NCBI RefSeq assembly: GCF_018977255.1
Contig: NW_024704743.1
Coordinates: 91,080,001 to 91,144,000, forward strand
Source: Callorhinchus milii
Taxonomy: Eukaryota
Direction of reading: 5' to 3'
Length of the DNA: 64,000 nt
Translations under genes and position numbers: made by a program
Shown here: piece by piece, positions 13,001 through 26,880 of the stretch
Layout of the letters: each line of letters starts with the position of its first letter
How positions within the stretch are numbered: the stretch's first letter is position 1
Notes under the pieces: generated by a model
Databases searched by the model: none
What the model saw: only the letters and a program-made list of their open reading frames with translations
Told to the model about the DNA's origin: nothing

Positions 13001-16000
13001 TTTAACAAAAAACACAAATACATTTATATGGTGCCCTTCACATGGGGTAGCGTCTCAGAGCGCTTATAATTAGCTCTGTTGCCTAAGAGATTCCTAGTCC
13101 AGCGAAGCCTTAATTCTTACGAGCTCCATGAAATTGTTTGGCTCATACTAACAACATAGGTGCAGCATAGTTACCCTGTGGGAGAGTGCTGCGATTTTTG
13201 GATGTGTTGTCCCTCAGGTGACACATGAATGACTACATTGCAAATTGGCTGCCTCAAAATACATGGTCACTCCAATTTACAGTATTGTGAAGTGCTTGAT
13301 CACTGTGAAGTGTTTTGAGGCCTCCTGTTGATGTGAAAGGCACTATTTTACAACACTAGTTTGTTAACAAGAACCACAACAGTTTTAGATTATATTGTAC
13401 CTTTCACATTTCAAAGCACTTCACAGAGTTAACTGAGAGCCTGAGATAGAGGTGGATGCTGAGGAAGGTGGGGGATGGGGGGATATGGTGACCAAAACCA
13501 CAGTTGAAAATAAAGGCCTTAAAGTGGTCTTTACAACAACAACAACAAGATTACATTTGTATAGCGCCTTTCACGTCAGGAGGACGTCCCAAGGCGCTGG
13601 ACAGAGTACAGCATTTCAAGGTGAGAAGGAAGGGATAAAGGGGACGGATTGCCGGATGGCAATCATTCGAAAACCATGAATCGGTCCTGGTACAGCAACT
13701 ATTTTAACCCTGATATAACAACATTGTCTTTGGCCAGGAGGCTAATATTGTTAGTTTATAATATATTGGCTCAGTCCTTTAAACCCCACTGTCTCAGCCA
13801 TTAAGAATATTTCCTTCCTGCTTAAATTTGTATAGCCATTGGCCTTTATACAAAGGGAAATTATTTTTTTCCCAATAAATAGAATTTCCGTCAACTGTGA
13901 GAAATATACAGCACATACTAAACACACTGTAGCATCCTCCGTCTGAGAATGTATAAATAGAAAGAGCTGACATATTTAGTCTAGACCACATTTCCTCCAG
14001 CATACACATGTGAAATTCAAATTATCTGACTGCTCACTGCAATAATAAAATAGCCACTATCTATTATTCCATCAGTCTCCTATCATAACTAAAGCTTGCC
14101 ACTACATACCTGAAATAGTAATAATCCTCACATTTGAGATATTTAATTATCGTGTTGAAATGTACTTCACAGAGATTTCCGTGAAGTATGGTGACTGTGT
14201 TATTTGTAGGTGAAATTTAACCCTCGAGCACGTTACAAAAAGTAGAAGGATAACATAATGCACCTGGTATTTATAACAAGGGATCTGGTGAAATAAACAA
14301 AACAGCGTGTGTAGCGATAGGATCATTTTCATTGAAAGGAACCTTTATTCAAAAAGAAATGTAAGCATGCCCTAGAAACTAGAATGAAACCTCTGTTTGA
14401 GGTTAGATGAATTGAAGGAGGCCACTATGCAATTTTCCTAAAGATATAAGCAAATTACTGGTTAGCTTGCACTAAGAATTGCAGTGTAGTTTACATCATT
14501 GACTACTGTTCTTATGATTTACAATCTGCCTGTACAAACCAGTTATCAATTCAAACTTATGCATTGAATAATTCATTCCTTTATTAACCCCCCCACTCAC
14601 CCATGATGTTTTCACCCACATCTAAGGGGAGATATTTTACCTCGGTCTAGACTTACACTATTGTCTTATATTATATTAGACTTCAGACCATGCAGAATTT
14701 AGCATACTCTTAATGTAGCCTTACTTTTGAAGATTGTAGGTTCTTTTAAGAACTGCAGAAAAAACAGCTTCAAAATGTATTTAATTTCTCCACCTACTAC
14801 ATCTTACACAGATTGCTTTCCCATGCTCAGTAACCCTTTGACTGCCAATCACTTACGCACTTACACTTATGGTATTCCCAAAGATCATGGGCCAAGTAAG
14901 AAACCCATCCTGTTTAAGCACCAGATTGTTGAGGCTGATATTTAACATGCACATTGTTCCAGCAAATTAAGTTAGTTCTGAACTGGAAGATGAACTTGCA
15001 ATTTTACAGTAGTTATTATTATGTGCTGTTCCCATACCTAAGCATGTGCCTATCCTCCTTGACGGGGAGTAGGTAAATGGGCTCCTTGAAGCTGAACTGT
15101 CTCCAAGGTGACAAGTTTGACAATGGCATGTTAAAATCCTGTGGTGGTTTTTGTAATGCAGGTCTTGAGCCAGCCAACCCCCTTCTCCCTTGCTCAACAT
15201 CCACCCCCAACCCCCACCCCCTAGCCCCCATTGTACAGTGCTCCAAGATGTACTCCTGCATGAGAGCACTGTATGAATGCAATTTGTCATTGGTGTATTC
15301 TTAAATAATAATCCTTGCATTTGATGTAGCACCTAATCACATCATCAAGATGTCTCACAGGATATACCATAAAGTGAAATGACTGTGTGTTTGTGGATGA
15401 ATGCGGCAGACAATTTGTGCACAGCAATGTCTCACAAACAACCATGAAGTGAATAACCAATTTTATTTGGTGGATTTGTTGTCCAGTACTCCGGGAGAAA
15501 CTCCCTTCTCTTTGCAAAAAGTGCCACGGGATCTTTAATGTCCACTTGAACAGGCAGATGGGACCTCAGTTTTATGTCCCATCTAAAGGAAGATACCTCA
15601 TTTATAAATTTATAAAGGGTGCAGAGAGGTATGGTTCCAGGAGTGCTAGTCACACTCTGGTACCTTACGGCTAGCTAATGGAGTGTAGTGGGGGGGTGGG
15701 GGAGAGGAATAGGATGGGGAGGTGTTTTGGGACAGATAGTTAAGGTGGGGACGAAGAGGTGGAGTGGGGGAAATACTATCCTTACCTATGTGAGTGGAGC
15801 AATTAGTCCAAGAAATCATGAAGGTCCTAGCTCAGTCCTTGATATGTCTTGGATTAATTGGTCTAACGGTTGATGTCACCACATTTATATAGTGCCCTTC
15901 AAGCAGGGCAGAGTCTCGAAGCACAGTTAGGTCTTTACTTTATGGAGATGTGGTCAGGAAGCTCTGTCTTGTGGTTGGCTGTTTCATCAGTAGTAAATTG

Positions 16001-17254
16001 CTATCTGATGAGTATTCTCATATCGTGTAAAAAACAACTGAATAGAATCACAAGTGAATGGGTTAAAACAAAAGTCTGCCCTGTTTATGGGCAGGGAGGC
16101 AAATAGACACTGCAAATCATACTGCAGCTACTCTCTACCAGCTGACAAGCAGGAAAGGATACAAATATTCCACCTATGATCTTAATGGCACAGATTCAGT
16201 GTTACTGCTGAGGTACCACCTGAAAGGCTGTGGTGATACTGGGAGCATTATTTTGGTTCATTGGATATTTGCATAGGAGTTGGGTTACAACCATCCGCAA
16301 TAATTTTTTTAAAAATGGCCTTAGAGGAGCTAGAGCAACCTCCCTGTGAACTTTGCTGCCTTCCTTCCCCAGCCATCCTTGTTGAGCCTTTCTTCTTTGC
16401 CAACAGGCTGTTTCCCCAATACACACTTCCTGCACCCTTTGCCGGCTGTTACTCTGTCAGTCTTGTGGATCAGGACAATGATGTCTTGAAATTAGAGATA
16501 CTGAATTCTGGTATTTAATAATTTATTTGTAACAGGCACCAGAGTCAGAAACAGAAAGGCAGGCTAATGTTTCAGGCGTGATCTTTCATTACAAGTGAGC
16601 AGTGGGTTGTCGAATCCTCTTTATAATCCTTCATTTAAATATAGCACTTTTCACAGCAGGGGGACATCTCAATGCTCTTTACAGGATATGCAGTATTGAT
16701 CATTATTTTAATAGTAATAATATTTGCATTTGGTATAGCACCTCTCACATTGAGAGGACATCCCAAAGATTTACTGTAAAGTATAGTGACTGTGTACTTT
16801 GTAGACAAACATAGCAGCCAATTTTGAGCGCAGCATTGGCCCACAAACAGCCACAGAGTGAATAAAAGATTGCATTTGAGAAGTAGCTTGATGCTGTGAT
16901 GGGAGAATGCTTGGGTATTGTGAAGGGATGAGATCAAATAGTTCAAAGGTCCTTCTTCATCTAAACTAAGCTTGTGATTTTGTGATTGTTGACTTGGACC
17001 TGAGCAGAAACTCGTTTTTTTTTTAATAGTGCCATGGGATCTTTACCAACCACCTGAACAAGACTGGACCTTGGTTTAATGTCTTATCAGAAGGATGGCA
17101 GCACATCCCCACCACTATATTGGATTATCAGGACCTGAGTATGTGAGTGCAAAATTCTGACATGGAGCTTGAACCCACAATCTTCTGACTCAGAGGTAAT
17201 AATGCTACCATCTGAACCAGTTTGACAACCGAATGTTTTAGCAACTTTCTACCC

Positions 17255-17870
17255 ATCAACAACAACAACTTGGATTTATATAGCGCCCTCCACGCCAGAC
17301 GGTGTCTCAGAGCGCTTTACAGTAACAGATACCGGGACCGAGCCAGGGGGAGGGGGAGGAAGGTGACCAAAGGCGCAGTTGAAAAGAAAGATCTTCAGCA
17401 GAAACCTGAAAATAGGAAGGGAGGGAGCGAGACGAAGGCAGTGAGGAAGGCAGTTCCAGAGCCTTGGAGCAGAGTGGCTGAAGGCACGACTGCCTAGGGT
17501 GGAGCAGAGGACTCGGGGGACGAGGTGGAGGCCAGACCCAGAGGAACGAAGGCAACGGATACTGTTTTAAGGAGAGAGGAGGTCAGAGAGGTGGGCGGGG
17601 GGTGCAAAGGAGTGCAGGGACTTGAATACAAGGGTGAGGATCTTGAAATCGATCCTCTCTGGGATAGGCAGCCAGTGCAGTCTGGCAAGGACTGGGGTGA
17701 TCGGGGAGCGGAGTTTCGTGCGGGTGAGAATGCGGGCGGAAGAGTTCTGAATGATTTGGATTTTATAGATGGTAGTGGATGGGAGACCGGTGAGAAGGGG
17801 GTTAGAGTCGTCCACCCGTGAGGTGACAAAGGCATGGACCAGGGTTTCAGCAGCTTTTGTGGAGAGGTCA
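17255..17870 (-). mobile_element. L2 3' fragment with (CAA)n tail on plus strand
   Basis: AETLVHAFVTSRVD..LHWLPIPERIDFKILTL translation; 3' stem-loop and tail at ~17257-17320. Confidence 0.9.
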
Positions 17871-18687
17871 AATCTACATTGCTGTCTTTCCCCATATGAG
17901 ACACTTTGTTTCATTTCACCCCCACTCTCTCCTCATATCCTTTTATATATTTTTCAAGTATCTATTAAATTCCCTTGTAAAATATTTGATGACCTCTGCA
18001 AAGTTTTGGAAGTAAATGTAAAAGTAAATGTGTCCTGGCTCATATTTCTCCCGAGATGAAATTCACTGCAAGAAATTTAATTCAATTTGATTAACTGAGT
18101 TCCGTCCATTTTGATCTCTTTCTATATCTTCCTTCGAGTCTTATGTTCCTGCCCTTCTTCTGTCCTACACCCAAAACATTGACCTATTTACTCTTTCAGA
18201 GGCCACTTGACTTTCTCTTGGATTTCCATCATCAGCAGTTTTCTTTTTATTAATTCCTGTTGTGGAATAAATTTGCATTTGTTAAACTTCCTGCTGCATT
18301 CAGTTCTACATAAAAGCGTGCCCATGTGTTAGGCCTGTAATTTAATACCTCTGAACATTGATTCACATGCGGCACACCTCTCTGCGTGCACCGAGGTGAT
18401 TAGAATTCACTTCAGGTCATCTTGACCCAATACCAATGGGAGTATGACCTTTACACAAGTAAAGCAGTGGCTTGAACGCAAAGCAATTTAGGACAGAATC
18501 AAGTGGCATAGGCTGGATGTGCAATGAATGTGTATCAGCTCTGCTGGCTATTGTTGTTACTATAAAGAATATATGTACTCAGAAAATATGCACGTCTGCT
18601 CCAGTTCACCTCAGAATTAACAGCAAAAATTACACTCTCAGCTGCTAATAAACACTTCCATGTATTTTCATTCCTAAGGAAATTGAG

Positions 18688-19095
18688 GTCAGCCTGGCTC
18701 AGTTGCTAGCATTCTCACCTCTGGGCCAGTTGTGGGTTCAAGCCTCATGTCTGGACTATGAACTCACGGTCCAGACTGACATCCCACTGCAGGGTTTGGG
18801 ATTTGATGCAATGTTAGACGTGCTCTCCTTAGGGTGAGATGTTAAACCGAGGTCCCATTTATCTCAGGTAAAGATCCAATGGCACTATTTGAAAAAAGGG
18901 TGTTTCTCCCAGTGTCCTGGCCAACAATCTCTCAAATAAAATTGGTCAGTCACTTCAGAACAGCTGCAGAAATAGGCTGCTGCATTCATCTACAAATGCA
19001 CAGTCACTACACTTTATAGTAAATCCTCTGAAGTGCTTTGAAACATCCTCCACCAAGATGAGAAGGTGTTGTATAAAATGCAAGGATTTTTATTA
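18688..19095 (+). mobile_element. SacSINE1-like Deu-SINE
   Basis: gtcagcctggctcagttgctagc head through L2-type tail. Confidence 0.85.
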
Positions 19096-19342
19096 ATTAT
19101 ATTATTAATGTTACATAATTTATTTAATCCTTGGATTCTGGCTTTTTGATACACAACATTTTTTTTAAAAAATTGCATAAAACATCATCCAATTTTTAAA
19201 GTGGTAAAAAATAAGTTCTTTTTATGTTTTTGAACAAAATTTCAAAATTGTGTAATCATCTATCCAATTTGCTGATATTTCTGTGTAAGTTGTTTCTTTT
19301 ACTGATACTTAGATCGAGAAGAAGTTTTGATGGCTCTAATAT

Positions 19343-19620
19343 AGGTTTGTCCAATACATTAACCAATAGCCATATGTGGCGAATTGGCAATCCAGTTGTG
19401 GCGAAATTGCATTTTTGATGAGTAAATAAAAAATAGATGGTTATTGAGCATTTGATCTCAATATTCTTATTCGCACGGTGTATTCACATGTACGTTGATC
19501 TTTTTGTATGTTTATTAGTAAAATGGTAAGACGAAAAGCAACGTGTGTGAGTGTCTTTTGATTGTTGTGTGTGTTTTAATTCCTTGGTTACTGCTTATTG
19601 ATTATCTGCTAATATGGTGT
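19343..19620. mobile_element. Possible hAT/Charlie-type DNA transposon remnant
   Basis: Start aggtttgtccaata..tagccatatgtggcgaa..tgtggcgaa resembles Charlie/MER3-type termini; no matching second TIR found. Confidence 0.3.
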
Positions 19621-20019
19621 GTAAATGCCGGGTTTCAGCAGCATGGAAACACCAGGGATATTGTACAGAGAGGGGGAACTGTCAATCGTAGTCAGTTCGA
19701 GGGACCGGAATAACTGCTCCAGGCAGGATAAGAAGGGAAGCCCAGCCAATAACCAGCAGCTCCAACAGCGCTCATCATGGCAAAGGGCAAACAGTATCCA
19801 AACACATTCTAGGTGAAGAGCAGGAGCAGATCTAGTGCGACTCGCGAAAGAAAAATAAAGAGAAGACTGTGAAGTGCCATATTGAATAGTGGTAGACGTT
19901 TGTTCAGTAGATGTTTGTTAAGTAAATATGCATATACGTAAACATACAAAACATACATGTGAAGTACATTTACCTGTATTGGATGAGTGTATGGAAGGTG
20001 TTTTCTATTAAAATAAGTG

Positions 20020-20341
20020 CCTTCGCCTTGCTTCCTCCCTTTCCTCCTTCAAGGCCGGTCTCAAAACCTTTCTCTTTGACCGTGCCTTCAGCTCCCCTCT
20101 CGACTCTCTTCCCCCTCCTCGCTCCCTCCCTTCCCTCCCCTCACCCTGACCATTTCCCCCTCCTTCCTCCCTCCCTTCCCTCACCCTGACCATTTCCCCC
20201 TCCTCGCTCCCTCCCTTCCCTCCCCTCACCCTGACCATTTCCCCCTGCTCGGGTCATGACCCAACTGTGCAGCGCCTTGGGACGTCCTCCTGACGTGAAA
20301 GGCGCTCTATAAATGGAATCTTGTTGTTGTTGTTGTTGTTG
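20020..20341 (+). mobile_element. Young L2 3' end with internal tandem triplication
   Basis: KTFLFDRAF-like end, C-rich 3' UTR, stem-loop gcgccttgggacgtcctcctgacgtgaaaggcgc, (TTG)n tail. Confidence 0.9.
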
Positions 20342-20999
20342 CATGTGGATAAAATGGTGTCGTCATAGCCACATCTGTAAACATTGAATGTGCTGACGAA
20401 TGGATTTGATGCTGTGGAAATGCAATAACTTCACATTTGTCATGAAGAAAACTATTAAGAAGCATGACAGGTTAGATCCCAGAAATATTAATGAGCCACA
20501 AATAAAATTACCCGAGAAGCTAGGATTATGAGTAAGACAAGCATGATTTAGTCAGTGTTAATCAAAAGCAAAGCAATCAAGCATTCTACACCTGCTAGGT
20601 ACATAAAATACTTCTAAAGCAGATAAGTCATTTTAACCACCGCAAAAATGCTTTCTAAAAGTCTGAGAACACAGCTGTGGAGTGCAGAATTCCTGATGAA
20701 AATGTGTCAACAAAAGCAAAGAATGGTTGTTGGCATTCGCCTACAAATACAGTCCTCACATTCACAGTATGTTATGTTTAGTGCTTTGAGATGCCCTCTG
20801 ACCCAAAAGGCGCTATATGAAATTGAAGGATTATTATTATCATGATTTAAAGAGGAAGCTCTGCAGTGTAAATACAATGAAGGAGCAACAGCTGTTTATA
20901 GGTGTGAGAGAAAGGAAGCCCTCATTATGTAAATTGCAGTTCTTAGTAGAGAATGTCAAACCTGTACCTGAGTGTTGCAGGATGTGGCAGGAGTTCTGA

Positions 21000-21330
21000 G
21001 AAGATAACTCAAAAGAGACCTTTTAGAAGTGTATAAAATTTTGAATGAGATTGAAAAAATAAACCTAGATCAATACTTTAGGATGCACCAAGAACAGTTG
21101 AACAAGAGGTCATAGGTTTAGAGTAGCAAAGGACAATTTCAGAACAGATACCAGGCAGTTTTAGATGGTAATCAATGACTGGAACAGGTTGCCAGAAAAG
21201 GTAGTTGAGGCCAGAACAAAAATTAGCCTGTTGCTGTGACGGGAAGATGGGTTGGGCGGGTATTCTACAAGGATGAGATCAGATGGGCAGAAGGGCGTTT
21301 TTCATCCAAACAAGTGTTGTGATCCTGTAA
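21000..21330 (+). mobile_element. Old CR1 3' fragment
   Basis: DLLEVYKI..RGH..WNRLPEKVVEA remnant; similar to 26060-26350. Confidence 0.7.
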
Positions 21331-24300
21331 TCTTAAAAAAGAGTACAAAGTCTGCTACATAATAGCTTTTTAGCATTGCAATTCATTATTGTAGGACCCG
21401 TGGACACACAGTAAACACAGGAGAACTTTACAAATAATCAGGTATAATTTGGATAGAAGGATTTTGGAGCCATACACTCATTTTTATTCATCCCAGACTG
21501 GCTAAGTGGACCTCACTGATCCAGCACTCACCTCACAAGTGTCTTAACTGGTTAACAATCGCTTCGTATGAAGATTATCTTAAATATCTTTTTCATGTAT
21601 AACAACATACAGCTAATCTCTTTTATTTCTCCGTGTCATTACTGAACAATCTCAGCTCAATTTTTATAAGACCTCAAGGCTGAAAAGAACAAGGGAAACT
21701 ATAAAACAAGATCTGCGGTGTTGCCAAGCTTGGGATTTTAAATTGTGATTATCGAGCAATTACCAGCAAAAAGATTTGTACAGATAAGAAGATTGCAACG
21801 TAATATTGAAATATATAGCTCCAATTTAAACAGTGAGAAGACTCACATTACTTAACCTAAACTAACAAGCTTCATGCAAAACGAGTCAGATGGCAAACTC
21901 AATTCTCATGCACATATGGGGGAAAGACATCAATCTGGTTAAAAGTGAAATGTCAATGGAGATTTTTAATTAAAGGAAGTTTAGCATGAAATATCTTGTG
22001 CTACACCATATGGTAACTTATGTAATGCTACTGGCCTGTGCTGCACAGTGGTTTTCTTGCAATAGAATTCAATGAGCTGCAGTTAAAGTTATTTTTATCT
22101 TCGATCTTGTCCTATACAGGGGATTTGTTTGCCCACAAAACATAGTCATTCTACTTTACAGTATATCATGTAAAGAGTTTTTAGGCATCCTCCCAACTTG
22201 AAACCAAACAAAAGGATTATTATTATTCATACATCAAGTGGCATGATGTTAACTTAGAATTTTTTTTCTGGTTGCGCTGTCTGATACATGTAGAAACCCA
22301 TTACTGTGCTTAAGAGCATCCAGACCAAACTGAAAGTCAAACATATGTATGCCACGTACACATGGAAATTCCATTTACTGGAGACATAAAGGCACAATAA
22401 AAAAGTAAAAAGCAATTCTTGATTATCTGGGATTTGGTTCTGCCTTTGGGTCTTCTTGTAGCTTATCTGTCACAGCCTGTTATTTAAATAAAAAGTGAGA
22501 GCACTGCTTGCATGACTTCACTTTATTCTCCTTAATATCTGATTTATGCCAATTTATAATAGGAAAGAAAATTGTATTTACTGCATCTAAATTGCAATTG
22601 CCGTTGGCTGTGTATCAGAGCAAACAATAGGTTTATTCACTTGGTCCAAAAGTATTCTTTTGTTCCTATAATAATAATCCTTGTGTTTGATATAGCGCCT
22701 TATCACGTCTTCGAGACGTCTCAAAGTGTTGCACGGAATACACTATAAAGTGAATTGACTGTATATTTTGGGGACAATAGGTTTTAATACCCATTGGTTA
22801 CTTTACACTATTGATTTCCTGTTCTTTACTTGTGGCTGGTTGTCAAAACTCACCTCGGTTGTGATGAAGGATCATGCTATAATGTCAACCTCCTTTTGCT
22901 TCAGACAACAATCAGCCTCGGAAATTGAGCAGTGGTCATCAAGAAGCTAGCAGAACCTCAACATCTGTCCTACATTCAAACCACCAATCAAACTTGTTCT
23001 GCAATGTATTGTGAAGCACTTTTCAGAATTATTTTCAAACTTTTTGCTGCTGCTCAGATTTCATGCTACATTTGAGGTTAGCTGTATCAGAATCCAGATT
23101 TCATAACTTCTTTGGTCTGAGCTTACAATAATAAATAATAATGCATTTGATATAGCACCTTTTACATTGGAAGGTTATCTCAAAGCGTTTCACGGGATGT
23201 ACCGTAAATTGTAGCGACGGTATTCAAGCACTCTGAGATGCTGCCTGGCGTGAAAGGCACTATATAAATGCAAGTTGTTGTTATTTTGTAGGTGAATGTT
23301 GCAGCTATCTTGCATACAGCAATGTCCCATAAATAGTCAGGAAGTGAATGACCAATTTTATCCGGGGATTGTCGGCTAGAGAACCAGGAGAAATTTCACT
23401 TAATTTTTCGAATAGTGGGATGGGATCTTTAACATTCACCTGAACAGACAGACAGGACCTTGGCTAAAAGTCTCAACTGAAGATTATTTGTCTCTGTGTC
23501 TGGAATGGGGTGAGCACCTTCCCTGATGGATGCAAACTGCTTACCTAATTCCAGCAAATATGTGACGGTAAGTTTTGCACACAGCGATGTTCCACAAATG
23601 AAGTGAATAACCATTTTTTTGTGGGGGATGTTTGGCCCCTTGAGAAACTCTTCTCCATTTGAATAGTGCCCTGGGATCTTTAACGTCCACTTGAACAGGC
23701 AGACGTGACCTCTGTTTAAAATCTCATCTTTACTGAAGAGCATTTGTTAAACTCCACTGATGCCCTCATTAATTTTAAACCCTTATTGTTTCAGCCTCTC
23801 ATGTGCTTGTGGTACTGTACTGTGAAAGGATATGATTGCAGTATGTCTTTTTAAACTAAGGGCATATATTTTTGGCAGCTGGTCGAAACAAGTTGTCAAT
23901 CTTTGATGTGTCAAAATGCAGCGCTCTGTAGAAAGCAGGTCATTCTGAACGTAATTCAGATTTGGAATCGGTAACTCTAGTTGTTTGGAATCACGTCGTC
24001 CATCAGTAAGTTAAGGGCAGCGCTGTAACCTAGTGAGAACCACAGTTTCTTTGTAACTTGATGAATGGGTTGAAACACTTAAAATTCAGCAGCCATTGGA
24101 ATGTTTCAGAAAAGACAATCTGCGCTCAGTGCCCAAACTCATTACTCAAGGAATACATACAAATGGGTAACTTGTCTTTTTACATTTGTTTGACTCTACA
24201 GCTGGTGTAGTTGCCTCTCGGTAAAACATTAGCACGAAAGGCACGAAAGGGTGACTTGTGAGGTCGTAACAATCTGTAGAAGAAGTAACCTATTTCATTA

Positions 24301-26059
24301 AATTTTAATTAAGGATGTGCAGCAACCATATAACTGGTTATGTATTGCAGGCCACAACTGTCTGTTACTATCCCTCATTTATATTTAAGGTTGGCTTCTT
24401 CTCTTCTCCGTTTCCCGCTTTACAGGTTTTGTCCGCTGCTCCAGTCATAGCTGTGTGTGTGTGAAGGGTAGTGTGTGTAAAGCAGGTGACCATATCTGTC
24501 ACAAGCAACTACATGCACGCAGATTCCTGAACACCTAATGAGCATGTTATTATTGTTTCAAAATTGCTGCCGTGGAAACTATGGAATATTAATCAGTGGA
24601 GGGTTCAAAGCTTAATTTTTGTTTAAGCCAAGAATCCAGCACAGAAGATTGACCCGATTATGACATTCTGTTGGCAGGCACATCACTTCGGAGCCAGCTT
24701 AGCTCCAAGGAGATCCTTTTTCCCTCCTGGAAAGGGAGTGAGACCCATGGCAGGTCTTTAGTTACTGACTGTATGCAGTTGTTCATTGGCCTCACTGACC
24801 ATGTGTATCAGTGATTTATAATTAGCATTGATATAATGATAATCCTTGCATTTGATATAGCGCTTTTCACGTCTTCTCGACGTCTCAAAGCGCTTCATAG
24901 AATAGACTGTAAAGTGAATTGACTGTATATTTGTGGGCGAAATGCGGAAGTCAATTGCATAAGCAGTGTTATAGCAATATCACTCTGTTCTACGTTGGAA
25001 CTCTACTCACAGTACTTTGTAAAAATCAGCAGGATCCTAGTCCAGCAGAAGGAATGTTTTACAGCTTGCCTTCCAACTTATCAACATTCACAATATTTAC
25101 TTTACATTCTACAAAACACAGTCTCTACACTTTGCAGTAAATCCTGTAAAGCGAGTGAGACGTCCTCCTGACTTATTATTATTATTATCAAGTCCCAATT
25201 AGTAAATAACACATGTGAGACTTATAGTATGGTTCAAAAATTTTACGTGTTACTGATCGGATTGTTCTGCAATGCACTAGTGTACACTCCCAGCTCTCTC
25301 TCATTTGCTTACCAGCTGTCTTACTCTCATGTCCTTTCTGAATCCTCCACTTCTGTTCCTCAAGCATCCTGTCTGGGAGCTGTATCTTTCCATGGATCTG
25401 TCTTATTTTTAGCTGTTGATATTTTCTGGTGCTACTTGCTGCTTTCCACACAGTTCGCAGGAGAAAATTTGCAGTGGGTAATGTGATATCACGTAGTCCC
25501 TCATACCAGTTGACAACTAAGAGCCTCAGTGTATACCCCCTGATTTTGGCACAATGGTTCAGCTGAAAACTCACCTGAAGCCATTATTGGAGTTGTTGGC
25601 CGCAGAGCAAAGCATACGAGTCCCGGTCGCCAGGATACTATCTTAATTCTTAATTTTTTGTTGAGATAAAGCAGCATTCTGAAATTGGCACTCAATTCTC
25701 ATGCTCTGTGGAAGGCAACTCCATGAGCGGCTTTAAGTTTTAAAGACCAAACACTGGCTTGACTGGTTTACAGTATATACAGTCCAGATTAGGCTACTAA
25801 GATATGTTCCTGCAGAAGAGAGTGCTTATTCCATTCCGGAAACAGGGAAATTTACATATGTAGGTGACTGATTTGATTACTCTTTATCACGGTGATGAGT
25901 TTCTTCTGTGCCTGTCAAAAACACAAAGCTGAGACTGGGAGACAGAATCTTTGATGGCTGGTGAATTTATTGAACTGGCAGATGAGCCAATTTCATCCTG
26001 TGCTAGTTGAATAAATTGATTGAATTTAGCTGCGTGACCTTATGAAGGAGATAACTCAC

Positions 26060-26350
26060 AGGGGACTTCACAGAAATGTAGAATATTTGAAATGGGATTG
26101 AAAAAGTAAACCCAGAACAATATTTTAGGATGCATCGAGACCGTACAACAGGAGGACATAGTCTTAGAATTGTAAAGGGCCATTTAGGACAGACACCAGA
26201 AAGTTTTTCTTTACCTAGACCGGAATTCATGACTGGAACAGGTTGCCAGGAAGATGACTGAGGCCAGGACATTGAACTCACCTAATAAACAGCTTGATGC
26301 TGTGTTGGGAACAAGGTTAGGTGGGTGATCTGAAAAGCTGAGACCAAATG
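26060..26350 (+). mobile_element. Old CR1 3' fragment
   Basis: Matches 21000-21330 (aaagtaaacccagaacaata..gactggaacaggttgccag). Confidence 0.7.
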
Positions 26351-26742
26351 GGTCTGTGACGCTGATAACGTCATGGCTCAGGGGAGTATTTTGGGCAATG
26401 TCATCACTCGGAGATGGAGTCCCAGAGGAGTAGGCGGAACAATAGGTCTATCCAATTGAGGGTTTACCTCCTCCCCCCAAGGAAGGTATTCACGAGTTGG
26501 TCATTCGACGTCTAACAGGTACGGACATTCTAGAGATTGAGTGTTGTGCAGCTATTTAACCCCTTACGGGGCATCACTGCCAAGCTTGATCCTGCCCACC
26601 CTCCAATGTCCAGACATATTCAACCAGGGGCATAGGAGAACAAACAAGAACAGGAATCCTGTCTGATTGTCCCCCTCCCTATCCTCGGAGAACTCCAGCC
26701 AATAATGGACATGCTGCTGCTCCAGCTGTCCAGCTAATTCAT

Positions 26743-26880
26743 TGTGTGAGTGTGGTGTGTGTCTCTGTGTGCATGTAAGTATATGTCTGTGTGGGTCTAT
26801 ATGTTCATGTGTGTGTGCACATCTGTGTGAGTGTCTACGTGTGTGCATCAGAGGGTCTATATGAATGTATGTGTGTGAGT
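26743..26880. repeat. Degenerate (TG)n tract
   Basis: Imperfect TG-rich run. Confidence 0.75.
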
